Program-made: the position numbers and the translations under genes
The notes under the pieces: generated by a model
The model's input: the letters and a program-made list of their open reading frames with translations, nothing else
Database searches by the model: none
Told to the model about the DNA's origin: nothing
Assembly: GCA_031385045.1 (NCBI GenBank)
Contig: JANNBC010000007.1
Span: 64,001-128,000 of the forward strand
Direction: 5' to 3'
DNA: 64,000 bases
Origin: a bacterium
Lineage (GTDB): Bacteria > Bdellovibrionota_C > UBA2361 > CALJRW01
In this document: positions 49,546 to 60,045 of the stretch, one piece after another
How the letters are laid out: every line of letters begins with the position of its first letter
Position numbering within the stretch: position 1 is the stretch's first letter

Positions 49546-51765
49546 ATGAATCCACTTTACTCCCCAGATCCATTAGGGCAAGCACTACTAGAGGCAAGCA
49601 AAGTCTTACTCGATAATTGTGATCTACTTGCCCATAAGGAACTAAAACAACATGGCTTTAAGGTAGCTACTGATGCTGATATGCACTGGGCAGACATCCT
49701 TTTCTCCACTCCTAAGATCGACTGGGTGCAGGCTGGCAAAATAATACTTTTAATTTTTGATCATGTCTCAGAGGCGATTGCTAAAGCTGCCCCTTTGCCT
49801 GATGGTCAAGAATTAACAGAACTCTGCGAAGCAAAATTTCCAGCATATTTTACTCGTATCGGTAAAAATTGCAGTGAATTTATTTATCAATATATGAACA
49901 CTCCCGTTACACCGGAGCTCACTTTACTTTCGGACTTTGTTCCTTCAATTATTCCGAATTATATGGCCTCGCATCTAAGTGGTGATTTAGAACAAATCAG
50001 ACCTGCAGACGTAGAAGCAAACATTAAAATATTACGTCCATTCTTTGCCATCCTCAAAAAAATTGCTGAAAACTTACCTGAAAACTTTGAAGAGGTTTTA
50101 GACTCAATTAAAACTGAAATCTTAGGCATGAAATCGGTACTAATTAATTATGAGCACAGTGATGGACTTTGGATAAAGATGATTTACTTTGGAATGACTG
50201 TAAATCTTTACTCTCAAACTTTTAATGACTATCAAGAAATTTGTTCGGATCGAAAATCAGCTCCAGCGGTCTATGGGATGTATAAAGCACTGTACCTCAA
50301 CCAACGGGATAATAATTATTTTGATGCTCGAGAAAGAATCGACTGTGTTTTAGATTTAAAGCCTAGTGAACAAAAGCGCCTATGGGATATGTTGCAATTA
50401 GCAAATGGATCAGCTGTAGAACTTTTTGATTTTCAACTAGCAAATCCAAAATACCATCCCTTGCTGGAAAGAATAGTTCGACTAAATACTGATCAGTATA
50501 TTAAACAAGAAGCCTTGAGTGCTTTTGTAGAATATTTCAGTCAAGATAATTTAGTATTTCAGGATTTAATTTTATCTGTTGCTACAGATAATAAAAAGTT
50601 TGTTGCTATCTTAAATCGTGAAATATTAAATTATCTAGAAGCAATTGAGCCAAGTTTTTGTAAAACACTGCAAGATTTTTTATCAATCTCTAAAGATCCA
50701 GAACTATACTTACCTGTGCTGACAGCACTCTTAAACGAAGATGCGCCACGTGCTAAAATTATGATTGCAGGAGTATCACTGATTAACACTCCAAACACGA
50801 GTACAAATCATCAAAAGCGAGTTCAGTTTGTAACAAATATTGCTGCCCTACCAGAGGAGGAACTTCCAACTAAATTAGATGAAACTTATGTTCAACAACT
50901 TACCAGCAATAAACCAACGACTCCCAATAACCATAAACAGGCTGAGGCTACTCTTCCAAAATTTAAACGTCAGCAAACAACTTTTGACAACCAAAGATTA
51001 CAACAAAGCTATGAAAAATTTCAGATCTTTCGCTCTGGGCGACTCTTTATAGAGCTGGTAAAAGAATGTGGGGCGGAGTCTGAAGTTATCCAAACAACAA
51101 CCATGCAATTGCAGGAAAAATTAGATAATAATTTTTATCGAATATTTTTAAACGATCCCCTATTACGCCGTTTATACTTTAAAACAATCCTACCTAACCA
51201 AGAATTCAGACAAGAATTTCAAGAAAGGCTGGAGTTAAGTAAGATTCAAAACGGTAATCCAAAATTAGAAGCCGAGTTATTCCGAAAATGGATAAATAGT
51301 AAATTAGAAGAATTAAAAAATCCACCCACACTTGTCAGTGAGTTTGAAGATCTAGAAATTCAGCCAGCAAAATTTACGACTCTAACAATTGGTAATTATA
51401 CTTACCGCACTCCTCCTGCATTTAAAAAGATTGTTATTCTAGCACCAACAGAAAAAGTAAGGTTGAATCTAACAAAAATATTAGAAGCGATTCCAAGCTT
51501 ACCGGCAGACTCAATTCAAATTATGAACGCTGAAAATAGAATTCCCGTCCTTGGAACCGCTCGGCATCTAAGCTCAGATCGACTAATATTATTAATGACT
51601 TCTAACTGCTCACATTCCACCTATCTTTCACTGCTTGCTAATATTCCTGAAGGACTACGTAACAACCTCTATAATTTCAATGGAATCAGCAATTTATATT
51701 CACTGTTGGGCTTCCTAAATTTTTGGAATGAAGAATTTAACAAAATCCAAGCTAATAAAATATAA
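49546..51765 (+). CDS. Large hypothetical protein (739 aa)
   Basis: Long helical ORF with GAGG RBS; C-terminal small alpha/beta domain. Confidence 0.75.
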   Translation: MNPLYSPDPLGQALLEASKVLLDNCDLLAHKELKQHGFKVATDADMHWADILFSTPKIDWVQAGKIILLIFDHVSEAIAKAAPLPDGQELTELCEAKFPAYFTRIGKNCSEFIYQYMNTPVTPELTLLSDFVPSIIPNYMASHLSGDLEQIRPADVEANIKILRPFFAILKKIAENLPENFEEVLDSIKTEILGMKSVLINYEHSDGLWIKMIYFGMTVNLYSQTFNDYQEICSDRKSAPAVYGMYKALYLNQRDNNYFDARERIDCVLDLKPSEQKRLWDMLQLANGSAVELFDFQLANPKYHPLLERIVRLNTDQYIKQEALSAFVEYFSQDNLVFQDLILSVATDNKKFVAILNREILNYLEAIEPSFCKTLQDFLSISKDPELYLPVLTALLNEDAPRAKIMIAGVSLINTPNTSTNHQKRVQFVTNIAALPEEELPTKLDETYVQQLTSNKPTTPNNHKQAEATLPKFKRQQTTFDNQRLQQSYEKFQIFRSGRLFIELVKECGAESEVIQTTTMQLQEKLDNNFYRIFLNDPLLRRLYFKTILPNQEFRQEFQERLELSKIQNGNPKLEAELFRKWINSKLEELKNPPTLVSEFEDLEIQPAKFTTLTIGNYTYRTPPAFKKIVILAPTEKVRLNLTKILEAIPSLPADSIQIMNAENRIPVLGTARHLSSDRLILLMTSNCSHSTYLSLLANIPEGLRNNLYNFNGISNLYSLLGFLNFWNEEFNKIQANKI

Positions 51766-52198
51766 GTCTTGCTCCGAGGCCTGCTTCTAAATTTACTAGT
51801 CTTCGATCCATGGCGGATCTTTTTTCTAAGATCAGCGCTCGACGATTCCTAACTCCATCTAAACTATCAATTAAACTTCTGGTACTTTGATTTGTCGCAT
51901 CTAAGCTTTTAGTATTTGCAAGAACCTGCAAGCTTAACTGTTCAAAAACAGCTTGCTGTTCATTTCCTAAAGGCAACTGTAAATATTTTTTAATCAGACT
52001 ATTAGTTTCTAAATGCTCAACACCTAAAGCATCCCAATAGCTTAAATATTTACTTTCTAACTCAGCAATTTCTTGATCAAACCTGGTTATTGTTGATTTA
52101 ACAGTAACAATTCGTTGTTTAGTATCATAGCCGTATGCTAAGAGAGTAATCCCTACAAATAAAGTCAAAAAGATAATTATAATTTTAAATTGTCGCAT
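51752..52198 (-). CDS. Membrane-anchored LemA-like protein (divergent)
   Basis: N-terminal TM; LIDSLDGVRNRRAL resembles the LemA L.gtENRI motif; coupled to lemA. Confidence 0.5.
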   Translation of the reverse strand: MRQFKIIIIFLTLFVGITLLAYGYDTKQRIVTVKSTITRFDQEIAELESKYLSYWDALGVEHLETNSLIKKYLQLPLGNEQQAVFEQLSLQVLANTKSLDATNQSTRSLIDSLDGVRNRRALILEKRSAMDRRLVNLEAGLGARLIFY

Positions 52199-52749
52199 TA
52201 TATTTTTACTTCTGGAGTAATATTAATTTCCTCGGGAGCATCAAAAAAAGATCTGCTTGCAAAGTTCCCTAACTTTGCTACTAAATTTGAGGGAAAAGTT
52301 AAAAGTAAATTCTGATAAAAACTAACAGTTTGATTATAACTATGTCGACGTTCAGCAATTAAGTTTTCTGTGTTACTAAGTTCTACTTGCAGAGTTAAAA
52401 ACTGCTCACTAGCCTTTAACTCTGGATAGCTTTCCATAATCGCCATTAATTTCACTACAGAGGTATTAATCTCTGGTAATAGTTGATTTGTTTTTTTAGC
52501 TTCAGACAAATCGAGTTCTCTAGAACGACTCTTGATTGTCTCAATTAAAGTATCTTTTTCGTGACTTGCATATCCTTTAGTCACGGCTACAAGGTTATCA
52601 ATTAAATCAAATCGACGTTTTAACTGCACCTCGACGTTTGACCAAGCTTGATCAACTCCTGTCATACTAGATATTAAGGAGTTATAGGTAAGATAATACC
52701 AATAAATTATTAAAACTCCGATAATTATCACGAGACTTGTTGCTACCAT
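52198..52749 (-). CDS. lemA: LemA family protein
   Basis: AWSNVEVQLKRRFDLI, ESYPELKA, ELSNTEN, FPSN. Confidence 0.95.
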   Translation of the reverse strand: MVATSLVIIIGVLIIYWYYLTYNSLISSMTGVDQAWSNVEVQLKRRFDLIDNLVAVTKGYASHEKDTLIETIKSRSRELDLSEAKKTNQLLPEINTSVVKLMAIMESYPELKASEQFLTLQVELSNTENLIAERRHSYNQTVSFYQNLLLTFPSNLVAKLGNFASRSFFDAPEEINITPEVKI

Positions 52750-53957
52750 CCTCTGGAAGCGCCTCCACCGCCACTTGAACCACCACCGAAACTGCCACTA
52801 CTGCTACTATGACTAGAAGAACTTCCACTGGATGTAGATATTCTAGGAGTAATTTGTTCTTTGGTAAAAACAAATTTACATGATTGGCAGATAAATTCCT
52901 CTAGTGTCTTCCCAGAGTGACTTACCGTTGCTGAGACTAGCACTGTTGTTTTACTATGTAGTCCAGTAATTGCCTGACACTGGGGACATTTTTGGGCACG
53001 TGAAAAGAACGTTTTATATCCAGTGACCTCATTATGTAAGCATGCTGCACAGTGCCAGACATCATAGTCGACTGATTTAAGTTTTTCCTCGGCGATTTGA
53101 GAAGCTGATAACTGTTGATCATCTAACTCTTCTGTCAGCTTAACCATAGTAGTGGAACAAAACTTACACCTCTTAGGCGCATAACGTAAAAAACGTTTGA
53201 TATTAAAACCTGTTGCGAAAAGACCCAGAAATAAGGCTTTCATTTGTGAGCCAAGCTGAAGTTTGCCATTCACTAAACTTGTATAATAGTAAATTCCAAT
53301 AATGAGTGCGACTAGTAATAAAATAAAGCCAAGAAAAACTACTGGGCTATAACTTTTTTTGCTAAAAAATATTCCATAAATTAAAAAACAAATTGCAATC
53401 ACGGAGAATAGATAAGTTAAGTATTGACTATTCTTCCGCGGGCTCACCAAATACCAAGGAGTTGAATTTGAAATCCCCTTGGCCATTTCTGAATTGCTTT
53501 TCAAGTAATCAACAATTGCTGCTGTTGTTTGAATAATTCCTTGTGGGTAATTATTAGTTTTAAAATACGGTATCGCATAAGAATCTAATGTCGCCCCACA
53601 CCAGGAGTCAGTTAACAATTCTTCTAACCCATAACCAACTTCAATTCTGGCTCGATGTTCTTGTGGCGCAATCACAAACAGTACACCATTATTAAATTCC
53701 CGTTTACCAATCCCCCACAGATTAAAAACTTTGTTAGCATAGCTTTCGATTGTTTGCTGTTCTAAACTACTGGTTGTTAGCACGGCAACCTCGGCCGTTG
53801 TTAAATTTTCTAGTTGCTGGATTAAATTATTTAACTGCGCCTCTTCGGGCTCACTTAGCAGATTTGCTCGATCATAGACTCCCGGGCCAGTTTGGGCTTC
53901 ACTCCAGCCTGAAAATAATATTAGTATAAGTAGAAAAAATACTTGTTTCACAGGCAA
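52743..53957 (-). CDS. TPM-domain (YgcG-like) membrane protein with four CxxC pairs and Gly/Ser tail
   Basis: WGIG...NNGVL...RIEVGYGLE; CKFC, CAAC, CPQC, CQSC; GGGSSGGGGASRGW. Confidence 0.9.
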   Translation of the reverse strand: MPVKQVFFLLILILFSGWSEAQTGPGVYDRANLLSEPEEAQLNNLIQQLENLTTAEVAVLTTSSLEQQTIESYANKVFNLWGIGKREFNNGVLFVIAPQEHRARIEVGYGLEELLTDSWCGATLDSYAIPYFKTNNYPQGIIQTTAAIVDYLKSNSEMAKGISNSTPWYLVSPRKNSQYLTYLFSVIAICFLIYGIFFSKKSYSPVVFLGFILLLVALIIGIYYYTSLVNGKLQLGSQMKALFLGLFATGFNIKRFLRYAPKRCKFCSTTMVKLTEELDDQQLSASQIAEEKLKSVDYDVWHCAACLHNEVTGYKTFFSRAQKCPQCQAITGLHSKTTVLVSATVSHSGKTLEEFICQSCKFVFTKEQITPRISTSSGSSSSHSSSSGSFGGGSSGGGGASRGW

Positions 53958-54134
53958 TCGATTTCTAATTTAGGGTTAATCTCTATTAATCTTATGTAGC
54001 CAAAGAGCACTTAGCAAGTTATCCTTTTAAAATCCTTAAAGAATTTGCCTTTGAGCTCAAAAACTGCCAAAATTATTCAAGTTCTATACGAGCTTAATAT
54101 TAACCAATTGTAACTAACAACTATCTATATTGCT

Positions 54135-55088
54135 ATGACTAATAAATGGACTCTTAACCAAGCACAAGAAATTTTCTCCTTGCCATTTAATGACTTATTA
54201 TTTAAGGCTCAAACAGTACACCGAGAAAATTTTAATCCCAATGCCCTGCAAATTAGTACTTTGTTAAGCATTAAAACGGGAAGTTGCCCAGAAAACTGTT
54301 CATACTGTCCACAATCTGCTCATTACCAAACAGGCTTAAAAAAAGAACCTTTAATTTCAACCGAAGAAGTTATTCAGGCTGCCAAACGAGCCAAAGCTGC
54401 TGGTAGCACTAGATTCTGTATGGGTGCTGCTTGGCGCGGACCAAAAGATCAAGATCTAGAAAAAGTCTGCGACATGGTAAAAGAAGTAAAAAGCCTAGGC
54501 CTAGAAACCTGTGTGACTTTAGGTTTATTAAAAGACCATCAAGCATCGATGTTAAAAGGGGCTGGGCTTGATTTTTACAACCATAACATTGATACCTCTG
54601 AAGAGTACTACGATAAGATTATTACCACTAGAACTTTTGCCGATCGCCTTCAAACCCTAGAAAATGTTCGTAAGGCAGATCTTAAAGTTTGTTGTGGCGG
54701 AATTTTAGGAATGGGTGAATCTAATGATGACCGTCTAAAGATGCTCTTAGAGCTAGCCAATCTTGCAGAACAACCAGAGTCAGTTCCAATCAATCAATTA
54801 ATTAAAATTCCTGGAACGCCATTAGCAAATGTTGCTGATGTTGATCCGTTTGATTTTGTTAGAACAATTGCCTTAGCGCGTATCCTTATGCCCAAAGCCT
54901 ATGTGCGTTTATCTGCCGGTCGCGAGCAAATGTCTGATGAGCTACAAGCGCTATGCTTTATGGCTGGAGCTAATTCAATTTTTTACGGTGAGAAACTTTT
55001 AACTGCAGACAATCCTGAACCAGAAGAAGATAATCGTCTTTTTCAAAGATTAGGATTAGAAAGAGAGAAATTACAAACTATTAATTAA
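54135..55088 (+). CDS. bioB: Biotin synthase
   Basis: CPENCSYC radical SAM motif, [23 protein letters not shown]. Confidence 0.97.
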   Translation: MTNKWTLNQAQEIFSLPFNDLLFKAQTVHRENFNPNALQISTLLSIKTGSCPENCSYCPQSAHYQTGLKKEPLISTEEVIQAAKRAKAAGSTRFCMGAAWRGPKDQDLEKVCDMVKEVKSLGLETCVTLGLLKDHQASMLKGAGLDFYNHNIDTSEEYYDKIITTRTFADRLQTLENVRKADLKVCCGGILGMGESNDDRLKMLLELANLAEQPESVPINQLIKIPGTPLANVADVDPFDFVRTIALARILMPKAYVRLSAGREQMSDELQALCFMAGANSIFYGEKLLTADNPEPEEDNRLFQRLGLEREKLQTIN

Positions 55089-55137
55089 ATTCAATCTAAT
55101 TTACTAAAAGAAATTATTTTTTTAGTTTTTGTAATAA

Positions 55138-55176
55138 AAAAGGCGCTGCGAAGTTTATCACTTCTTAGCGCCTTTT
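55138..55176. terminator. Probable bidirectional terminator between bioB and the helicase gene
   Basis: AAAAGGCGCT...AGCGCCTTTT stem flanked by A and T runs. Confidence 0.65.
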
Positions 55177-55209
55177 GCGTATCTGATTCCAGAATAAGAA
55201 TGTCGACTA

Positions 55210-56466
55210 CTAATAAGAACGACTTCTTCCACCTCTAGAAAATCTTCTGCCGCCACCACGTCTAGCTGTCCCTTCTGGTCGCTTTTCAGCACCACGAGAC
55301 TCTGACTGTCTAGAGAAAGGTAAAGAAAACTCAGAAATATCAAATTTAATTGAAGTTAAATTTTCAATTTTTCTAATATCTCTAGTCTGTTGCGGAGAAG
55401 CAAAAGAAATTGCTCGCCCTGATTTACCAGCACGACCTGTTCTACCAATACGGTGAACATAATCTTCAGCAGCTTGTGGTAAATCATAGTTTACAACTAA
55501 TTCAATATCCGACACGTCAATTCCACGGGCAGCAATGTCTGTCGCAATCAATACTTGATATTTTCCTTGACGGAAGCCATCAAGTGCTTGACGACGCTGA
55601 GACATAGAACGATCTGAGTGAAGCTCTGTAGTATCAAAGCCCATGTTATAAACCATCTTAGCTAATTTCTTAGTTCCAATTTTAGTTTTTGCGAACACAA
55701 TTGTTTGGCCGGTAGAACCACCTAATATTTTTTCTAACATATTAGTCTTATCAGACTGGGCAACTACACAAAGCTCTTGTCGAACAAGTTCACCAGTAAC
55801 CCCTTGCTTAGTAGCTTCAATTTGAACTGGATTTTTAAGATGGCGATTTGATAAATCACGAATTTCTTCAGGCATTGTTGCAGAAAACAACATCGTCTGA
55901 CGATCTTTTGGAGCCAAATTTAAAATTTCTTTTACTTGTGGAGCAAATCCAATATCAAACATGCGATCAGCTTCATCTAAAACAATAGTTTTACAATTGT
56001 TAAGGTTGAAAGTACGACGATTCAAATGATCTTGTAATCTTCCTGGAGTAGCAATAATAATTCTAGGAGTTTTCTTAAAACGCATTCTTTGACGTTCCAT
56101 TGGAACACCACCAATCAAAGTAACTGAAGATAACTGAAATTTAAGATGATCTGAAATATTGCGAAATGCTTCTTCAACTTGCCAAGCTAATTCTCTAGTT
56201 GGCACGATTACTAATGCTTGCTCAGAATTCATGGCAAGTTTTTGCATAATCGGCAAAGCAAAAGCTAAAGTTTTACCAGTACCTGTTTGGGCAATACCAA
56301 TTAAGTCCTGGCCAGAAATTGCTACTGGAATTGCTTGCTCCTGAATAGCTGTTGGTACAGTGAAGTTTTTCTTAATTAATACTTGATTTAGTTCTGGTGA
56401 AACCCCTAATGCGATAAACGCAGACGTGGAAATAGGCTGTGGCACACAGCTCTCTTGCTGATTCAT
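55210..56466 (-). CDS. DEAD-box RNA helicase (RhlE-like)
   Basis: AQTGTGKT, PTRELA, DEAD, SAT, HRIGRTGR; ATG 56466 with AGGAG RBS. Confidence 0.95.
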   Translation of the reverse strand: MNQQESCVPQPISTSAFIALGVSPELNQVLIKKNFTVPTAIQEQAIPVAISGQDLIGIAQTGTGKTLAFALPIMQKLAMNSEQALVIVPTRELAWQVEEAFRNISDHLKFQLSSVTLIGGVPMERQRMRFKKTPRIIIATPGRLQDHLNRRTFNLNNCKTIVLDEADRMFDIGFAPQVKEILNLAPKDRQTMLFSATMPEEIRDLSNRHLKNPVQIEATKQGVTGELVRQELCVVAQSDKTNMLEKILGGSTGQTIVFAKTKIGTKKLAKMVYNMGFDTTELHSDRSMSQRRQALDGFRQGKYQVLIATDIAARGIDVSDIELVVNYDLPQAAEDYVHRIGRTGRAGKSGRAISFASPQQTRDIRKIENLTSIKFDISEFSLPFSRQSESRGAEKRPEGTARRGGGRRFSRGGRSRSY

Positions 56467-56685
56467 TTTTTCTCCTGAGTAGCTAACCCAAAACAACTAA
56501 TTCATTATGATTAATGTACTAGCGATGGGATTCAATTCGACAAAGCCGGATTGAAAGTAAAAAAACAATACCTAGCTCTCAAAAGACAAATGCAATTGTA
56601 AGATAGTGATTTGTTAGTAGGGATACAAAAGTATCCAAGCGCGAATCATACAGCAGATTCTTGTTTAGTCAACCGAGCAAGTTTT

Positions 56686-57219
56686 TTACTCTTTTATTTG
56701 GTAATCAGGTAGGTTTTCTAAGATATAGCTACAAAGCTTTGCTCTTCTAAGAGAAGGAGATTGAGCTTCTGCTCTGGCAAGTTCACGGATAATCTGCTCA
56801 CTGCTACCGGTAAGAGTAAATTTTTTAGGCAAAGTTATAAAAAACCCAGCAATCGGCGTCAGATCTTCCTGCTCCATTCTTAAGTAAGCATCATAGATAA
56901 TCTGTTTTTTAACACTAACGGCTTCTTTAATTACTAACTCTAAGACAGAGCTCAGTGTCTGCTCATGAGGGATTAAATCTCGAAGACTTTGTCCTCCATC
57001 ACGAATATGATTAATTGTGCGTAGATAGTCTAAGTCCTCTGGACGCTCATCTAGTGTAAGTACAGAATCAAAAATCAATCCTCTCTGATAGTCTTGTTCC
57101 CGTTTAAAGCCTGCAATTGCTTCCGGAATCTTAGACCAGTCCATCTTAACCGCCGAGAAACGGTGCTTGGCCAACTCTGGCAATGGAGCAAACATTGTTG
57201 GAATAATAATTGGATACAC
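56686..57219 (-). CDS. Hypothetical protein
   Basis: 177-aa ORF, no recognised motif. Confidence 0.6.
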   Translation of the reverse strand: MYPIIIPTMFAPLPELAKHRFSAVKMDWSKIPEAIAGFKREQDYQRGLIFDSVLTLDERPEDLDYLRTINHIRDGGQSLRDLIPHEQTLSSVLELVIKEAVSVKKQIIYDAYLRMEQEDLTPIAGFFITLPKKFTLTGSSEQIIRELARAEAQSPSLRRAKLCSYILENLPDYQIKE

Positions 57220-57270
57220 GCGAAATCAAAAGGTTAGACCTCTTAATTATACTCCTAGGCTTGTTCCTAA

Positions 57271-58995
57271 TCAAATAAGCTTGGAAAGCTCTGCCTTTAA
57301 GAAATCCATTAGTTCCCCAATATAAGATTCACTAAAATCAAATTTAATCCCTGCTGCCTGATAAATCTCGGGGATACTATGTAACTGTCCAAGAGATAAA
57401 GCTTTTAAATAAGATTCTAATCCTGCTTTTGGATTTAATTTATAATTTCTCCAGACTGCAATCGCCCCTAATTGCGCCATGCCATATTCAATATAATAAA
57501 AAGGTACCTCATAAAGGTGCAATTGCTTTTGCCATAGATAATTCATTTGATCCTCAAGTCCACTCCAATCGGTTACCGGATCACTAAACTCAGAAAAAAA
57601 CTTCCTCCAACTCTCTCGTCTCTCTGCTTCACTATGTTCTGGATTTTCATAAATCCAATGCTGAAACTTATCAATTAATGCTACCCAAGGCAGTGTTTCA
57701 ATTAAACTTTCTAAATGCTCCCGCTTGGCACGATTTAAATTTTCTGAATTATCAAAAAATACATCCCAATGATCCATGGAAATTAATTCCATCGACATGG
57801 AAGCAAGCTCAGCAACTTCAGAAGGAGTCGATTTAAAGTCCTGTAACTCTAAATCTTTAGTGACAAAACTATGAATAGCATGTCCACCTTCATGCATAAA
57901 AGTTACTAAGTCACGAAGAGTGGAAGTCGCATTCATAAAAATAAATGGTACCCCAATTTCAGCTAAGGGATAATTATATCCGCCAGGAGCTTTTCCTGGA
58001 CGTGACTCTAAATCTAAATGACCAATCTCTTTCATCGTTTCTAAACACTGACCAAGAAAAGGATCAATTCTTTTAAAAACCTCAATCCCTTTTACTGTTA
58101 GTTCTTGACCATTGTTAAAAGCATGAAGTGCCTGTCGACCTTCAAGATCTACCGCTTTATCCCAGGGGCGAAGCTCGTTTATATTTAACTTCTTCTTGCG
58201 CTTAACTGCAAAGACTTCTAACAGTGGCACAACACGCTTAGATATTGCCTGATGAAAATCATAACAATCTTTTGGCGTATAATCGAAACGAGCTAAAGCT
58301 TTAAATTTATAATCACGAAAGTTTTTAAACCCAGCATTAAGGGCAATCTGATTGCGAATCCCAATTAATTTAGTAAAAAGTGAATCTAAAGCTTCCCGAT
58401 CTGCTAAGCGTCTTTTAGATATTTTGAAATAAACAGCTTCGCGCTTCTCACGATCTGTATCCATCAACATCACACTAGCTTGAGGCAAGGTAATTGTTTT
58501 ACCATCAATCTCCACAACCATCGCCCCAATCATTTGTCCATATTTTTGGGATTCAGTACTAACTTCAGTAAATAAGGGAATATTGTTTTCTCTGAAAATT
58601 TCTATTTCATTCTTAATATTACGAATCAGAATGTCATAACCAGTTTCAGTCGATAGAGTATCTAAGAACTCTGATTCTATTGCCTTTTTATTAAGTGTAT
58701 CAGCGTAAGGAGCTATCTCTGGTTGAATATTTTCCACGAAAAATTGATAGCTATCACGAAAGTTTAGATCTTCGGTGTAACAAGTCATTTTAATATAACG
58801 CCAAGCAAAATCTTCTGAAATTACTGACTCTAATTCACTTCGATCTTGAAACCACTTTCTTAAATTTTGTGCGGAAGTAATTTCTCTTGCCACTAATAGA
58901 TCCAAGAATGGCTTCAATGCTTCCCAAGTTGTAATTGTAAAATCGGAAGGTAGATATTGACGAATGGGCTTTGAAACTTGATTTGATACTGACAT
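57271..58995 (-). CDS. M3-family oligoendopeptidase (PepF-like)
   Basis: HEGGH zinc motif, EVAELASMSME, PFYYIEY; ATG 58995 preferred over 59049. Confidence 0.92.
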   Translation of the reverse strand: MSVSNQVSKPIRQYLPSDFTITTWEALKPFLDLLVAREITSAQNLRKWFQDRSELESVISEDFAWRYIKMTCYTEDLNFRDSYQFFVENIQPEIAPYADTLNKKAIESEFLDTLSTETGYDILIRNIKNEIEIFRENNIPLFTEVSTESQKYGQMIGAMVVEIDGKTITLPQASVMLMDTDREKREAVYFKISKRRLADREALDSLFTKLIGIRNQIALNAGFKNFRDYKFKALARFDYTPKDCYDFHQAISKRVVPLLEVFAVKRKKKLNINELRPWDKAVDLEGRQALHAFNNGQELTVKGIEVFKRIDPFLGQCLETMKEIGHLDLESRPGKAPGGYNYPLAEIGVPFIFMNATSTLRDLVTFMHEGGHAIHSFVTKDLELQDFKSTPSEVAELASMSMELISMDHWDVFFDNSENLNRAKREHLESLIETLPWVALIDKFQHWIYENPEHSEAERRESWRKFFSEFSDPVTDWSGLEDQMNYLWQKQLHLYEVPFYYIEYGMAQLGAIAVWRNYKLNPKAGLESYLKALSLGQLHSIPEIYQAAGIKFDFSESYIGELMDFLKAELSKLI

Positions 58996-59082
58996 AAAAT
59001 TACTCTTAATTAGAACGTGATTAGAGTAACTTATTTCGATTATTTGCAAAAGTATCGAGATTGAAAGAGTTAAGCTATGTGC

Positions 59083-60018
59083 TTACATAATTTCAGTCTT
59101 TCTGCTTCTCCAACCATAATCATCAACTGGCTCAACATGAATCAATACTTTTGTAATCTGAGGTAAGCTTAACTGAATAGCATCAACAACATTATGAGCA
59201 ATGTCATGTCCCTCACGAATAGAAACTGCCGGATCACAAAGAATATCTAGATCAACAAAATAATCAAACCCAACTTTACGCACATAGCCTTGATCTGTCC
59301 CTAAGACTTGATCTACGGACTCCGCAATTTGCCGAACTTGAATTAATATTTGTGGGTCTGGAGCAGTATCAATTAGTTCAAAAAGTGCTGGTTTTAATAC
59401 AATAATAGCATTAATTGTGATAATTACTGCTGCGATCAAAGCGGCGAAATCATCGGCACTTTCGTAGCCTTTTCCACCAATAATCGCAATTGAAATTCCA
59501 ACAAAGGCCGCCGCTGATGTAATGGCATCACTACGATGATGCCAAGCATCTGACTTAACAACTAAGCTTTCAATTTCATTTCCAACTTTTAAAACATACC
59601 TAAACAAGGATTCTTTAATAACAATTACTCCGACCAAGACTAGCAGAGTAAAAGAAGCTGGTGAGTTGTGCGGAGTCATGATCTCATGAATACTTTCAAC
59701 CGAAATAACAATTGCTGCGGCAATTAAACTTAAAGCCACAAGCACAGAGGCTAGTGGTTCAATCTTTCCGTGTCCATATGGATGATTCCGATCAGCAGGC
59801 TTAACAGCCATCACTAAACCAAGCAGTACGATCAAAGAACTAAATACATCAGCCAGTGATTCAATCGCATCAGCAATCAAGGCATAAGAATTTCCAAAAA
59901 TTCCCACCAAGGCCTTAACTAAAGCTAGACAAGCATTAATTGCTACTCCAATTAAAGTACTTTTAATTCCAGCTTGAGTGGCTAGCTGGGCATTTGTTCT
60001 GGTAATTCCCTTACTCAT
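59083..60018 (-). CDS. Cation diffusion facilitator (FieF-like) transporter
   Basis: ALIADA, HPYGHGKIE, DAWHHRSD, IHVEP. Confidence 0.92.
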   Translation of the reverse strand: MSKGITRTNAQLATQAGIKSTLIGVAINACLALVKALVGIFGNSYALIADAIESLADVFSSLIVLLGLVMAVKPADRNHPYGHGKIEPLASVLVALSLIAAAIVISVESIHEIMTPHNSPASFTLLVLVGVIVIKESLFRYVLKVGNEIESLVVKSDAWHHRSDAITSAAAFVGISIAIIGGKGYESADDFAALIAAVIITINAIIVLKPALFELIDTAPDPQILIQVRQIAESVDQVLGTDQGYVRKVGFDYFVDLDILCDPAVSIREGHDIAHNVVDAIQLSLPQITKVLIHVEPVDDYGWRSRKTEIM

Positions 60019-60045
60019 ATTTAGATTTAAAAGTAAGGTTAATCT

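Noticed and set aside
54135..55088. Isolated bioB as evidence for dethiobiotin scavenging
   Set aside because: Other bio genes may lie outside the window; cannot be judged here.
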